Shown in pieces: positions 10,501 through 19,192 of a stretch of DNA of 64,000 bases. Source of the stretch: an uncultured Rikenellaceae bacterium. Lineage in GTDB: Bacteria > Bacteroidota > Bacteroidia > Bacteroidales > VadinHA17. The notes under the pieces are model-generated. The model saw nothing but the letters and a program-made list of their open reading frames with translations, made no database searches and was not told where the DNA came from. The position numbers and the translations under genes are program-made. Each line of letters starts with the position of its first letter. Within the stretch, counting starts at the first letter, position 1. The DNA is taken from NCBI GenBank assembly GCA_964638955.1, contig CAZWZQ010000012.1, positions 2,093-66,092 of the forward strand. Direction: 5' to 3'.

Positions 10501-11049
10501 ACTGAAGGAAGTGGGCTTGGTCTGTCTATTTCAAAGGGGCTGGTTGTACATCTTGGCGGAAAGATATGGGTAGAATCAGAAAAGGGGAAAGGATCATGCT
10601 TCTATTTCACAATACCAGTCGAAAAGAAAATTGCGGAACATATATTAATTCCGACTGCAGTCAGACAAACAAAGAATATGAAAACTAATTCCATTCTTGT
10701 TGCAGAAGATGACGAAATAAACTTCTTTTATCTTAAGGCTCTGCTAAAACAAAATACATCAGCAGAGATCATTCATGCATCAAATGGTAAAGTTGCATTG
10801 GAAAAATATCTTCAAAATCCTGATATAAGCCTGATATTGATGGATATAAAGATGCCTGTAATGGACGGGCTTGAAGCTACGCGGCAAATAAAAGCAATTA
10901 ACAGGAGTGTCCCGATTATAGCAATAACGGCATATGCTATGCCAGGTGACGAAAACAGGATTACAGAGGCAGGATGCGATTATTATCTCGTCAAACCTAT
11001 AAATAAAAAGTTACTGCTGGATAAAATAGCAGAATACACTGTTCTATAA
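7576..11049 (+). CDS. REC-(PAS)x5-HisKA-HATPase-REC hybrid kinase
   Basis: N-terminal REC (VDD, LSD, K), five PAS/PAC units ending DLTEQH or DITERK, H-box SHEVRTPLN, GSGLGL, C-terminal REC (AEDD, LMDIKMP, KP). Confidence 0.9.
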   Translation: MKTKIKILHVDDNIHDRILVKDALLREHDGFEITEADNREKFEKLLEKGKFDLVLSDFNILGFDGLQVLEMVKEKQPDLPVIIVTGTGSEEVAIQAMKMGASDYVIKSVKHIRGLVPTINTVLEHKKAKEDRNEALKSLKESEEMYRSIYENSSVAILLTTPDGNILSANDYACRLFGRTERELCQGKREGLVDTEDPRLQVLLDERTRTGKARGELTLRKKDGSKFQCEVSSVIFPDKDGNKKTSMVIRDLTEQHKAEIELRESEEYNRLLFNTSLIGLAVSKMDGSMVDINPAFAKIIGRTIEETLKLSFKDITPEKYTAEDEKQLKSMEKTGYFGKYEKEYIHKDGHLVPVILQGIILERKGERFIWSSTEDITERKKAEIALQESQRLFQTLAQVSPVGIFRTDSDGNTNYVNPKWEELSGLSAKDASGNGWLKAVHPEDREKLSEAWLNNVKSKNESSAEYRFLRPDGSIVWVIGKAVPELTGNKVIGYIGTITDITERKQAEEDLIESEKKYRQLVIHSPDGIFVNDLSGKFISVNRSICENLKYTEKELLSMKMKDIIPDQCHSLHKQRLMAILNGEGTNTYAEYEVTGKDGIPHFVEIISVPYYKGKEIIGFQSITRDITERKLAEEELKKNQSQLINALKIAHLGSWEYDVENDIFIFNDLFYEIFRTTAEQVGGYTMSSADYAKRFVHPEDIDIIRTEISKSFETDDPNFSRQLEHRIIYADGETGYINVRIFVVKDETGKTVRTYGVNQDITERKRIEAELIKATELMKLAKEKAEASDRLKTTFLNNISHEVRTPLNGILGFAEIMSQTGLSEEEKNLSRSMLLESSDRLLTTITNYMDISLITSGSIIVNRKDFVPGQIMKELFGKYNTICSGRNIELLLKSPEHSDNLSINSDPEILNKIISQLLSNAIKYTEKGSIQYGFTIRENELEFFVKDTGIGIGKESFKSIFEHFIKEDRGPLKITEGSGLGLSISKGLVVHLGGKIWVESEKGKGSCFYFTIPVEKKIAEHILIPTAVRQTKNMKTNSILVAEDDEINFFYLKALLKQNTSAEIIHASNGKVALEKYLQNPDISLILMDIKMPVMDGLEATRQIKAINRSVPIIAITAYAMPGDENRITEAGCDYYLVKPINKKLLLDKIAEYTVL

Positions 11050-11053
11050 ATAA

Positions 11054-11073
11054 GACCCCGCCGAAGCGGGGTC
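11054..11073. terminator. GC-rich hairpin between convergent genes (probable bidirectional terminator or REP-like)
   Basis: GACCCCGC-CGAA-GCGGGGTC, perfect 8-bp stem. Confidence 0.65.
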
Positions 11074-11091
11074 AACGAACGATCATAATGC

Positions 11092-13134
11092 TTACTTTTT
11101 ATATTGAGCCAGGTAACCGGTTACCTGGCGGTAAACATTCTCGGCGGTGAATCCTAGTTTCTCATCAAGCACATTATAGGGGGCAGAGTATCCGAAGCTG
11201 TTAACTCCCCATATCCGGCCTTTTGGACCGACTAAACCCTGTAATGTGACCGGTAATCCGGCAGTTAACCCAAAAACCGGTACATTGTCCGGGATAATTG
11301 ACTTTCTGTATCCTTCGGGCTGGATTCTGAAAAGTCCTTCGGAGGGTACAGATACTACTCTTACCTTGATATTTTCCCGTGTAAGAAGGGCTGATCCTTC
11401 CACCAGAGTAGATACTTCGGAGCCGCTTGCTATAAGTATGATATCGGGATCACCGTTACAATCCTGTATAATATATGCTCCGTTCCGTGCCTGCAGGGCA
11501 TCGTTGTATCTCTCATTTATGCCGGAGGGAAGATCTTTGATATTCTGCCGTGACAGGATAAGAGCCGTCGGGGTATTCTTATTTTCGAGCGCCATCTGCC
11601 ATGCAACTGTTGTTTCGGCAGCATCGGCAGGGCGGAGTACAAGGATGCTGTTTTCCCCGTGATGGTTTTTAAGATGCTCCATAAGTCTTATCTGTGCTTC
11701 CTGTTCTACAGGCTGGTGTGTAGGGCCATCTTCGCCGACACGAAAAGCATCATGAGTCCATATATATTTTACAGGCAGACCCATAAGACAGGCCAGCCGT
11801 AAAGCCGGTTTCATATAATCGGAGAAGACAAAGAATGTTCCGCATGCCGGTATGACGCCTCCGTGAAGAGCCATGCCATTCATGATTGCCGCCATTGTCA
11901 GTTCTGCGACTCCGGCCTGGAGGAAGGAACCGGTGAAATCACCCTTGCTAAAAGGTTTTGTGTTTTTCAGGAATCCGTCTGTTTTATCAGAGTTAGATAG
12001 ATCTGCAGATGCGACTATCATATTTTCAATCTTCCCGGCCAGCGTACTGAGTACTGCCGATGATGCTGCCCTTGTGGCAATTCCCTCTTTTTGCCGGATA
12101 GCTTTAAAATCTATTTCGGGAATGTTGCCCGAATAGTAAAGATGCAGTTTATGATCCAGATCGCTGTTTTCAGCGGCCCATTCGGCTTTCCTGTTTTTCC
12201 ATTCGGCAGCCAGCCTGCGTTTTTTATCTAAAACCTTTTTATAATGTACCTTGACCTCATCAAATATCCGGAAAGGATCAGAAATATCTCCCCCCAGGTT
12301 TACCAGTGATTTTTCAAATGACCCGCCAGCCTCGCTCACCGGCATTCCATGAGTTGAAGTCTTTCCTTCAAAGCTTTTTCCATCATTGTCAACAAGACCT
12401 TTACCCATTGTAGTTTTACCGATAATCAAAACAGGTTTCTCGGTTGATTGAGTGGCTGCTGTCAGGGCTTCCCTGATATTGTCCCGGTCATTTCCATTAA
12501 TAGTGATTACATCCCAACCCCAGGAACGGTACTTCATTGCAGTATCCTCTGATGTTACCGCTTTGGTTTCAGTAGAGAGCTGTATATCATTCGAATCATA
12601 AAACATTATCAGATTATTGAGCCCGAGGAAACCTGCAAGACGTCCTGCCCCCTGCGATATCTCTTCCTGAATCCCGCCATCTGATATTAGTGTGTATGTT
12701 TTATGTACGAACAGCTCACCTAATCGGGCGGCGAGGAATCTCTCGGCTATGGCTGATCCTACTGCCATTACGTGACCCTGTCCCAGGGGACCAGAGGTGT
12801 TCTCTATGCCTCTTGTCACATCAAGTTCAGGATGTCCCGGAGTAGGACTTCCCCATTGCCTGAACTGCATTAATTCCTCAATTTTGAAGTGGCCTGTTAA
12901 TGTCAATACCGAATAAAGCATGGGCGACATGTGTCCCGGATCCAGGAAGAACCTGTCACGGTTGATCCATTTTGGATTGGCAGGATCAAAGTTCAGGAAC
13001 TCGGAAAAGAGGATATGTATAAAGTCAGCACCACCCATTGCACCACCGGGATGACCTGATTTAGCTCTTTCTACCATCGACATCGCCAGAATACGTATAT
13101 TATCAGCAGCCAGTTTATTTACATCATTATTCAT
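11092..13134 (-). CDS. tkt: Transketolase (ORF track starts at GTG 13152; ATG 13134 more likely)
   Basis: SGHPGG, TPGHPE, TSGPLGQG, SDGGIQEE ThDP motif, THDAFRVGEDGPTHQPVEQ. Confidence 0.95.
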   Translation of the reverse strand: MNNDVNKLAADNIRILAMSMVERAKSGHPGGAMGGADFIHILFSEFLNFDPANPKWINRDRFFLDPGHMSPMLYSVLTLTGHFKIEELMQFRQWGSPTPGHPELDVTRGIENTSGPLGQGHVMAVGSAIAERFLAARLGELFVHKTYTLISDGGIQEEISQGAGRLAGFLGLNNLIMFYDSNDIQLSTETKAVTSEDTAMKYRSWGWDVITINGNDRDNIREALTAATQSTEKPVLIIGKTTMGKGLVDNDGKSFEGKTSTHGMPVSEAGGSFEKSLVNLGGDISDPFRIFDEVKVHYKKVLDKKRRLAAEWKNRKAEWAAENSDLDHKLHLYYSGNIPEIDFKAIRQKEGIATRAASSAVLSTLAGKIENMIVASADLSNSDKTDGFLKNTKPFSKGDFTGSFLQAGVAELTMAAIMNGMALHGGVIPACGTFFVFSDYMKPALRLACLMGLPVKYIWTHDAFRVGEDGPTHQPVEQEAQIRLMEHLKNHHGENSILVLRPADAAETTVAWQMALENKNTPTALILSRQNIKDLPSGINERYNDALQARNGAYIIQDCNGDPDIILIASGSEVSTLVEGSALLTRENIKVRVVSVPSEGLFRIQPEGYRKSIIPDNVPVFGLTAGLPVTLQGLVGPKGRIWGVNSFGYSAPYNVLDEKLGFTAENVYRQVTGYLAQYKK

Positions 13135-13191
13135 AATATTAATATTATTCACTTCTAAAAATAATGACAGTAAAAATACAAATAAAATATC

Positions 13192-13219
13192 GTAGGGACG
13201 TTACATGCAACGTCCCTAC
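13192..13219. repeat. GTAG-type REP palindrome
   Basis: GTAGGGACGTT-ACATGC-AACGTCCCTAC, perfect 11-bp arms starting with GTAG. Confidence 0.8.
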
Positions 13220-13249
13220 CACAAAAATATGACTAACATTCAAAAAATG

Positions 13250-13669
13250 TCACAGGTATTTCCTGTCCTCCTCAGGAACTTCAAAGTATTTGTCATAGAT
13301 TTTAACATCAGGTCCGGTCTTTTCTTCCACCATACTGCCCCTTATTTTATAAGTACATTTTTCACCTGCGATCCCGGAGAAGTAGATATTGAATTCCTTA
13401 CCCTCTTCATCTTTCATGAGTATCCTTACAAGGTGAAGATACTTCATACTGTTGAGCTGAGCGCCACAGATAGGACAATTATAAATATATTCTTCCCCTT
13501 CCTTGATCTCAAATGACGGATGCGTGGTAGAAGTATAGTTACCTAACTCGGGATTCAGGTAAACCAGTCCTCTCTGCATACGGTCATGGATATTCGTGGC
13601 TGAAAGGATAATGGAAGTCTTTACGTTAAGATGCCCCTTGCATACTTTACAAAGATATTCTACAGCCAT
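13250..13669 (-). CDS. Hypothetical protein with two CxxC motifs (putative Zn-binding)
   Basis: CKVC at the N-terminus, CPIC centrally; last gene of the hydrogenase operon. Confidence 0.75.
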   Translation of the reverse strand: MAVEYLCKVCKGHLNVKTSIILSATNIHDRMQRGLVYLNPELGNYTSTTHPSFEIKEGEEYIYNCPICGAQLNSMKYLHLVRILMKDEEGKEFNIYFSGIAGEKCTYKIRGSMVEEKTGPDVKIYDKYFEVPEEDRKYL

Positions 13670-13679
13670 AATACGCCTC

Positions 13680-14126
13680 CTATAAATTTATTTGATTAAT
13701 AATTTTATCAGCAATATTTCTTACAAGATATGAAATATTTTCCCCGAAATCAACTTTTTCAGGTTGAATCCCGAGGATATACACGGGCATGGTGAAGAAA
13801 TCTGACAGCCTGTTTAAAGAAATGTTGTGAGTATTAAATGTTATATCCTGTATCTGATTTAATTCCAGTAATTTAAATGTACCCGGATCAGATTGCAGTT
13901 CCATACAATCCAGAAGCACCAGTAAATCGGGATTTAGACTGTTGATTTTTCCGATATAATTTTCAATGCTCGTTTCAACCGTCAGTGATGCTATATTATC
14001 CCTGTTCATAATCCGGTTGCTTATATAAACACCAACACCATCATCTCGTTTTAGAAGATTACCAATACCGACAAAAAGAATTTTCTTATCTTTTTGGGAA
14101 AGAAGATGATCCAGGTATTTAAGCAC
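13680..14126 (-). CDS. hycI: Hydrogenase maturation endopeptidase (HycI-like)
   Basis: VGIGNLLKRDDGVG, LLDC, THNISL motifs. Confidence 0.85.
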   Translation of the reverse strand: MLKYLDHLLSQKDKKILFVGIGNLLKRDDGVGVYISNRIMNRDNIASLTVETSIENYIGKINSLNPDLLVLLDCMELQSDPGTFKLLELNQIQDITFNTHNISLNRLSDFFTMPVYILGIQPEKVDFGENISYLVRNIADKIINQINL

Positions 14127-14739
14127 CTTTATACAAATATTTTACAAGGATTTGTCTCAGACAGTTGGGACAAATAATGTTGAACATGTCTTTTCTCTTG
14201 AGGTCATCCAGTATTTCAACATCGACATCCTGTTCCTCCGCCAGTTTTAATTTTTCATTAAGGAGGTTCAGGTTAATAATAGATGAGAATGCTTTGGGCC
14301 CGAGTTTCCTGTGTAAAAAATGCAGATGTTCTTTTGTTGTTATAACCGCGCCGCAATTCTTACAGATTAGAAGTTCCTTCTCCTGGTACTCGACATTATT
14401 CTGCCTGTCAAATGTCGCAATATCGTAAATTTTATCTGATAATATAACCCCCTTTCCGGTAATGCAATGTTCCTGACACATACCGCAAAAAATACATTTG
14501 CCGTAGTCTCTTTTAATTATCCTTATACCTTTTTCCTTATTATCAGTGACTGTAATAGCATAAGGAGGACAAACATTTGCACATGTTTCACAACCAACGC
14601 AGTTATCATTATCCACAACAGGTTTACCCCTGTAATTCTCAAAAGGCACATGCGGCTTCGCGGGGAATTTTGAGGTATATGCCGGAGTAACAAGTGATAC
14701 GACTGCTTCTTTAATCTCTCTTATCTTAGGGTATTTCAT
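14119..14739 (-). CDS. 2x[4Fe-4S] subunit of the membrane hydrogenase (MbhN/HycF/NuoI-like) with an extra Cys-rich tail
   Basis: YRGKP, CVGCETCANVCP, CIFCGMCQEHC; further CKNC and CPNC. Confidence 0.88.
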   Translation of the reverse strand: MKYPKIREIKEAVVSLVTPAYTSKFPAKPHVPFENYRGKPVVDNDNCVGCETCANVCPPYAITVTDNKEKGIRIIKRDYGKCIFCGMCQEHCITGKGVILSDKIYDIATFDRQNNVEYQEKELLICKNCGAVITTKEHLHFLHRKLGPKAFSSIINLNLLNEKLKLAEEQDVDVEILDDLKRKDMFNIICPNCLRQILVKYLYKGA

Positions 14740-15062
14740 TTTACTACCTCCTTATAATCATCTTTAACGCTTTTATCGTAAAGCTTTGTGCCAAAATGAT
14801 AAGCACCCCGTATTAGAGCATGTGCTGCCACAGTTGAGCTGAAGAACAGTATAGGGATCGCGATCAGGGCTTTAAATCCGGCGTCGTTGAATCCATAGTG
14901 AAAAATGACTGCGAGAAGAATACTGCAACAACCTAGTGTAACACATTTTGTGGCCGACTGAAGCCTGTTATAAACATCCGGAAGACGTATTAATCCAATA
15001 CATCCGAAGATATTGAACAATACACCTATACATATTAATATAATTGTAATCATATTACTCAT
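14736..15062 (-). CDS. mnhG: Mrp antiporter subunit G
   Basis: GLIRLPDVYNRLQSATK, AAHALIRGA. Confidence 0.9.
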   Translation of the reverse strand: MSNMITIILICIGVLFNIFGCIGLIRLPDVYNRLQSATKCVTLGCCSILLAVIFHYGFNDAGFKALIAIPILFFSSTVAAHALIRGAYHFGTKLYDKSVKDDYKEVVK

Positions 15063-15321
15063 TTAATTTTTTCCCGCTAAGATATTTTGCCAGTGTCAGG
15101 GTTCCTATAAAACTCAGAATAATCCATGCTATACCGATGTCGAGGATAAATGATTTTTCAGTTTGTATTGATATTATAGCACATATACCTACTACCAGTA
15201 TCCCGAAAATGTCAATTCCCACCATCCTGTCAGGAATTGTCGGTCCGCGAATTATCCTGAAAAGGCAGACAGCACTCAGCCCTATCTGGATATAAAGCAG
15301 TATTGTAAGAAAATCAGTCAT
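15055..15321 (-). CDS. mnhF: Mrp antiporter subunit F
   Basis: RIIRGPTIPDRMVGID, three TM helices. Confidence 0.9.
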   Translation of the reverse strand: MTDFLTILLYIQIGLSAVCLFRIIRGPTIPDRMVGIDIFGILVVGICAIISIQTEKSFILDIGIAWIILSFIGTLTLAKYLSGKKLNE

Positions 15322-15803
15322 TCCGCAAATCTTTTAATGTATTTCTCAAATTTTCCTGTAATCCTTTTGGTATAGACATCAGGATCTTCGGAACTTACAT
15401 AGATCCAGTGAATATAAAAGTCATCATCGATAATGTCAACGGTTATCGTACCAGGTGTCATTGTAATAGAGTTGGCAAGCATTGTTTTTGCAAACCCCGA
15501 TTTTAATGTTGTTTTTACTTTGACAATCCCGGGTCTAATCGGCATTGCAGGATGCAATACCCTGTATGCAACATCAAAATTAGCTTTTATACATGCCCAG
15601 ATGAAAATTACCAGATAGACAAGAAACCAGAAATAACGTTGTGGTTGAAGGAATTTATAAACTCTATGAAAATAATATTTTGCAAAGATTACAGAGCATA
15701 GAGCAGCTGCAACAGAGCCGACAATAAGATTAGGGACAGTGATTCTGAAGGTTATGAGCAACCAGAAGACCAGGGATAATATGAATACTGCTGCATATCT
15801 CAT
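15318..15803 (-). CDS. mnhE: Mrp antiporter subunit E
   Basis: ANFDVAYRVL, LANSITMTPGTITVD. Confidence 0.9.
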   Translation of the reverse strand: MRYAAVFILSLVFWLLITFRITVPNLIVGSVAAALCSVIFAKYYFHRVYKFLQPQRYFWFLVYLVIFIWACIKANFDVAYRVLHPAMPIRPGIVKVKTTLKSGFAKTMLANSITMTPGTITVDIIDDDFYIHWIYVSSEDPDVYTKRITGKFEKYIKRFAE

Positions 15804-15804
15804 T

Positions 15805-17343
15805 TTACATGCCTGTTATAATTGAAGAATACTTTGAAGGATCCATTAATATATCTGTTGCCGGGCTCAGGATTATATCTCTTATTCCCGGGAAGGCCAG
15901 TATACTTAGAAGAAGACAAACAATGCTCAGGATGATCATGCTGAACAGCATCGGGAAAGGTACTTCCCTGATCTTTATTTTATTTCCTGCGTCAGTTTTG
16001 TTAAAGAAGGCATACCGTTGAAATTTCATGAATGAAGCCAGAGTTATTATACTGACAATAACTGCCAGAAGCGCCAGAAGGTAAAATCTGGCCAGAATAG
16101 CTGCAACTATGATGATCAGCTTGCTGAAGAATCCATTGAACGGCGGTATGCCGGAAATTGACATAGATGCAACAAATGAAGTTGCAGATGTTACAGGCAT
16201 TGATTTAGACAGTCCTCCCATTTCCTGCAGATTACGTGTACCAATAGCATATTCTATAGCACCGGCATTCAGGAATAATAATCCCTTAAATGCTGCATGG
16301 TTAATCAGATGAAAAATACCACCGGCTATTGCCAGGGCCGCAATTTCAGTCCTGATACCTCTTGAAATAAGTATCATCCCGATGCCGACCGACAGAACAA
16401 CATATCCCATCTGACTTATGCTGTGATAGGCCAGCAATCTTTTTATATCCCATTGACCGATTGCAAGAAAAACACCGACAACCATGGATAATGTTCCCAG
16501 AGTGGTAATAAGAATGGCCATGCCTTCGCTTATTGCAAACATATTGAAGAAGAGCCGTATGATGACATAAATACCGACCGCTTTTATAAGCACCCCCGAC
16601 AGCATTGCAGATATCGGCGATGGTGCCGATGAATGTGCATCGGGGAGCCAGGCATGAAAAGGCATTATGGCAGCTTTCAAACCGAATCCGCTTAATAGCA
16701 GAATCTGAACCAGGAGATAATATTTTCTGTCGTATCCCGAGCTAAAAACATTTCTTATATCGGCAATATTGAGAGTTTTTGCTTTCCAGTAAAGGAATGC
16801 TATTCCTGTCAATATCAGGAATGAGGCAAGTCCGCCCAGTACCTGGTACTTGAATGTTGCCTCCAGTTCATTTTTCTCAACTCCGAATGCAACAAGAGCA
16901 TAAGAAGAAATAGCGGAAATTTCGACAAAGACAAAAATATTGAACATATCACCGCTCAGAACCACTCCGTTCATGCCTGCAATCATCAGGCAGAAAAGTG
17001 AATAGAAATTATTTTCGGCAGTATATCTGCTTATATAAGATATAGAATAGAAGACTGACAGGAAACCAATAAGATTTATAATACAAAGAACTATCACTGT
17101 AAACCCGTCAAGGACCATATAAATACCGACAGGGATGTTGTTCACGGCTTCCCATCCTCCGACTTTGTATACTGATACTTTACTGCCTGTTGTAAAAAGG
17201 AAATAGAAGCTGACAGTAACCAGGAACAGAAGAACGAGAGAGGCAAGATATTTGTTCAAATGCCTGATAAAACTGCCGAGAATCATTATCAGGAAAGCTC
17301 CTGCGAGAGGAATAACAACAAATAAAGGTATCAGCGGATTCAT
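15805..17343 (-). CDS. mnhD: Mrp subunit D / antiporter-like proton-conducting membrane subunit
   Basis: GDMFNIFVFVEI, KAAIMPFHAWLPDAH, IKRLLAYHSISQMG, NHAAFKGLLF. Confidence 0.9.
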   Translation of the reverse strand: MNPLIPLFVVIPLAGAFLIMILGSFIRHLNKYLASLVLLFLVTVSFYFLFTTGSKVSVYKVGGWEAVNNIPVGIYMVLDGFTVIVLCIINLIGFLSVFYSISYISRYTAENNFYSLFCLMIAGMNGVVLSGDMFNIFVFVEISAISSYALVAFGVEKNELEATFKYQVLGGLASFLILTGIAFLYWKAKTLNIADIRNVFSSGYDRKYYLLVQILLLSGFGLKAAIMPFHAWLPDAHSSAPSPISAMLSGVLIKAVGIYVIIRLFFNMFAISEGMAILITTLGTLSMVVGVFLAIGQWDIKRLLAYHSISQMGYVVLSVGIGMILISRGIRTEIAALAIAGGIFHLINHAAFKGLLFLNAGAIEYAIGTRNLQEMGGLSKSMPVTSATSFVASMSISGIPPFNGFFSKLIIIVAAILARFYLLALLAVIVSIITLASFMKFQRYAFFNKTDAGNKIKIREVPFPMLFSMIILSIVCLLLSILAFPGIRDIILSPATDILMDPSKYSSIITGM

Positions 17344-17346
17344 AAT

Positions 17347-17685
17347 TTATCCTCTTAAATTTTTTATCTCTCTTATATCAAAGGTTCCGTACTTCCTGTA
17401 TATCCTTATTATAACAGACATTATCATTGCTGTAGTGGCAAGTCCGATAACAATTGCCGTCAAAACCATTGCCTGGGGCAAAGGATCAACATATGTTTTG
17501 ACCGGATCGGCAGGATCAACTATTGGGGCCACACCACCTTCGACAAATCCAATAAGTGCAAAAAACAGGAAGATGCTGAATTCCATTATTGATAGTGAAA
17601 TAGCAATCTTGACCAGGTTTCTTCTGGTTATCACTCCGTAGAGTCCCACAAGAAATAATATAAAGCACAATAAGTAAGGTATCAT
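17347..17685 (-). CDS. mnhC: Mrp antiporter subunit C
   Basis: NLVKIAI, DPLPQAMVLTAIVIGLA. Confidence 0.92.
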   Translation of the reverse strand: MIPYLLCFILFLVGLYGVITRRNLVKIAISLSIMEFSIFLFFALIGFVEGGVAPIVDPADPVKTYVDPLPQAMVLTAIVIGLATTAMIMSVIIRIYRKYGTFDIREIKNLRG

Positions 17686-18119
17686 TCCGACATTTCTTCT
17701 TTAAATATTACCAGCGCTAAAAATATTGAAAGTATCGAAGCGGCTACCTCAATACCTATAAATATATTATAAAGGGGCAGCATTCCGGCACTTACAAGTT
17801 CACCAGGGGTTCCTTTCGGGAGCCAGTTTAGGAAAAAGATCTTTGCCCCGAAGAGCATACCGGAAACAGCCAGGAAAACAGCAACAAGAATAGCAAGATT
17901 CTCATAGATCGTAGAGCCAGTCTCTTCTTTCGTCAGCTTCATGAAGTCGCTTCCGTTGGCAAGGATCAGTAGTATGAAAGATCCCGCTATAAGAACACCA
18001 CCGGCAAAGCCGCCACCCGGTGTAAGATGACCATGTATTATAACATATATACCGTAAAGAAATATCAGCCCTGCAATGAGCTGTGTCGTTTTCTTTACTA
18101 TGAGCGTCATACCTTTCAT
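17682..18119 (-). CDS. mnhB: Mrp antiporter subunit B
   Basis: HGHLTPGGGFAGG. Confidence 0.9.
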   Translation of the reverse strand: MKGMTLIVKKTTQLIAGLIFLYGIYVIIHGHLTPGGGFAGGVLIAGSFILLILANGSDFMKLTKEETGSTIYENLAILVAVFLAVSGMLFGAKIFFLNWLPKGTPGELVSAGMLPLYNIFIGIEVAASILSIFLALVIFKEEMSE

Positions 18120-18143
18120 TTATTCAATTGATTTAAGAACAAG

Positions 18144-18640
18144 GATTAACGATTTTTGATTTTTGAAGTTTGACTTATATTTTAATAGATAGATTCTTTT
18201 GAGCTGTTTCTGCACTTTTTACAAAAATTGAAATAAGTTCATTGTTTTCATTTAACGCTATCTTGATTTTCTCTTCCGATTTATAAAGCCCTGAACGAAA
18301 AATAATCTTAAGACAAACATAGCTTTCTCTAAGTTCTTTAAGTACTATTTTAATTTTGTGAATGAAATCTTTTCTGGATTCTCCACTTTGTGCTTCTCCA
18401 TAATTTAACGCTGGAGATGTTCCAGAACGTATTAATTGTCCGGCAAGATGATTTGAAGCTCTTGTATCAGGCATATTTTCACATATTTCAATAATCATCA
18501 CCGCAAAATTTATTAATCGTTCCTCAAGATCATGTTTATTCATCTTATTAATAGTCATACAAATATTATTACAAACTCACTTCTTAAATCATAAATCGTT
18601 AATCATAAATCATAAATCGTTAATCATCATTCATCATTCA
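18144..18640. mobile_element. Cassette of a four-helix-bundle gene between inverted heptamer tandem arrays, inserted in the mrp genes
   Basis: Left array 18144-18178 (GATTAAC GATTTTT GATTTTT...) and right array 18585-18640 (8 heptamers, with a 21-bp unit repeated twice) are inverted, 18/19 identical. Mobility is inferred. Confidence 0.6.
18175..18558 (-). CDS. Four-helix-bundle protein (23S rRNA IVS / S23 family)
   Basis: LEERLINFA, QLIRSGTSPALNYGEA, DFIHKIKIVLKELRES, ENNELISIF. Confidence 0.9.
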   Translation of the reverse strand: MTINKMNKHDLEERLINFAVMIIEICENMPDTRASNHLAGQLIRSGTSPALNYGEAQSGESRKDFIHKIKIVLKELRESYVCLKIIFRSGLYKSEEKIKIALNENNELISIFVKSAETAQKNLSIKI

Positions 18641-18650
18641 AAAAAGACCA

Positions 18651-19178
18651 TTATTTTTTCCCTTTGATTCTTAATATTGTAAGAACACCCAGTACAGCAG
18701 TAATAAGCACTGTTGCTTCGCCCAGTGTATCGTATCCTCTGAAGTCAAAGATAACACCCGTAACAAGGTTGGCACTTCCTGTCTTCGCAGTTGCCCCCTC
18801 AATATAATGGGCAGCCATGCGAAGAGTACCATGTCCGAAAGCATCAAGAGTCTCTATTGAAATTTTAAAAAAGTAAAACAATACCACAACCAGCAATATA
18901 GCTGTAACTGATGACACATATCCCTGTGCATCAGGCTTTGAAAACAATTCTTCCCTGGAGCTGTCAAGTACAACAGCCACCATTATGATTAGAGAGATTG
19001 TTTCAACAACTATCTGGACAATTGCCAGGTCGGGAGCCTTAAGAAGAAGGAAACAAATCACAAGTCCATAGCCTACAATGCCGCATGCAATAACCGCTGA
19101 AAGCAGGTCTTTTGCATGGATTGCATATAATGCCCCAAGGATCATCAGTCCTGTTATTATGGATATGGTAATTTCCAT
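18651..19178 (-). CDS. DUF4040 + MnhB-N membrane subunit (split MrpA C-terminus; MbhD/E-like)
   Basis: [15 protein letters not shown] and [19 protein letters not shown]. Confidence 0.85.
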   Translation of the reverse strand: MEITISIITGLMILGALYAIHAKDLLSAVIACGIVGYGLVICFLLLKAPDLAIVQIVVETISLIIMVAVVLDSSREELFSKPDAQGYVSSVTAILLVVVLFYFFKISIETLDAFGHGTLRMAAHYIEGATAKTGSANLVTGVIFDFRGYDTLGEATVLITAVLGVLTILRIKGKK

Positions 19179-19192
19179 TTAAGTCAGGTTAT

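Noticed and set aside
18175-18558. DGR accessory protein (Avd), implying a diversity-generating retroelement
   Set aside because: No reverse transcriptase or TR/VR repeat pair was seen in the window.
18585-18640. CRISPR array
   Set aside because: Units are 7 bp and abut without unique spacers; there are no cas genes. The same applies to 40261-40309 and 61070-61125.
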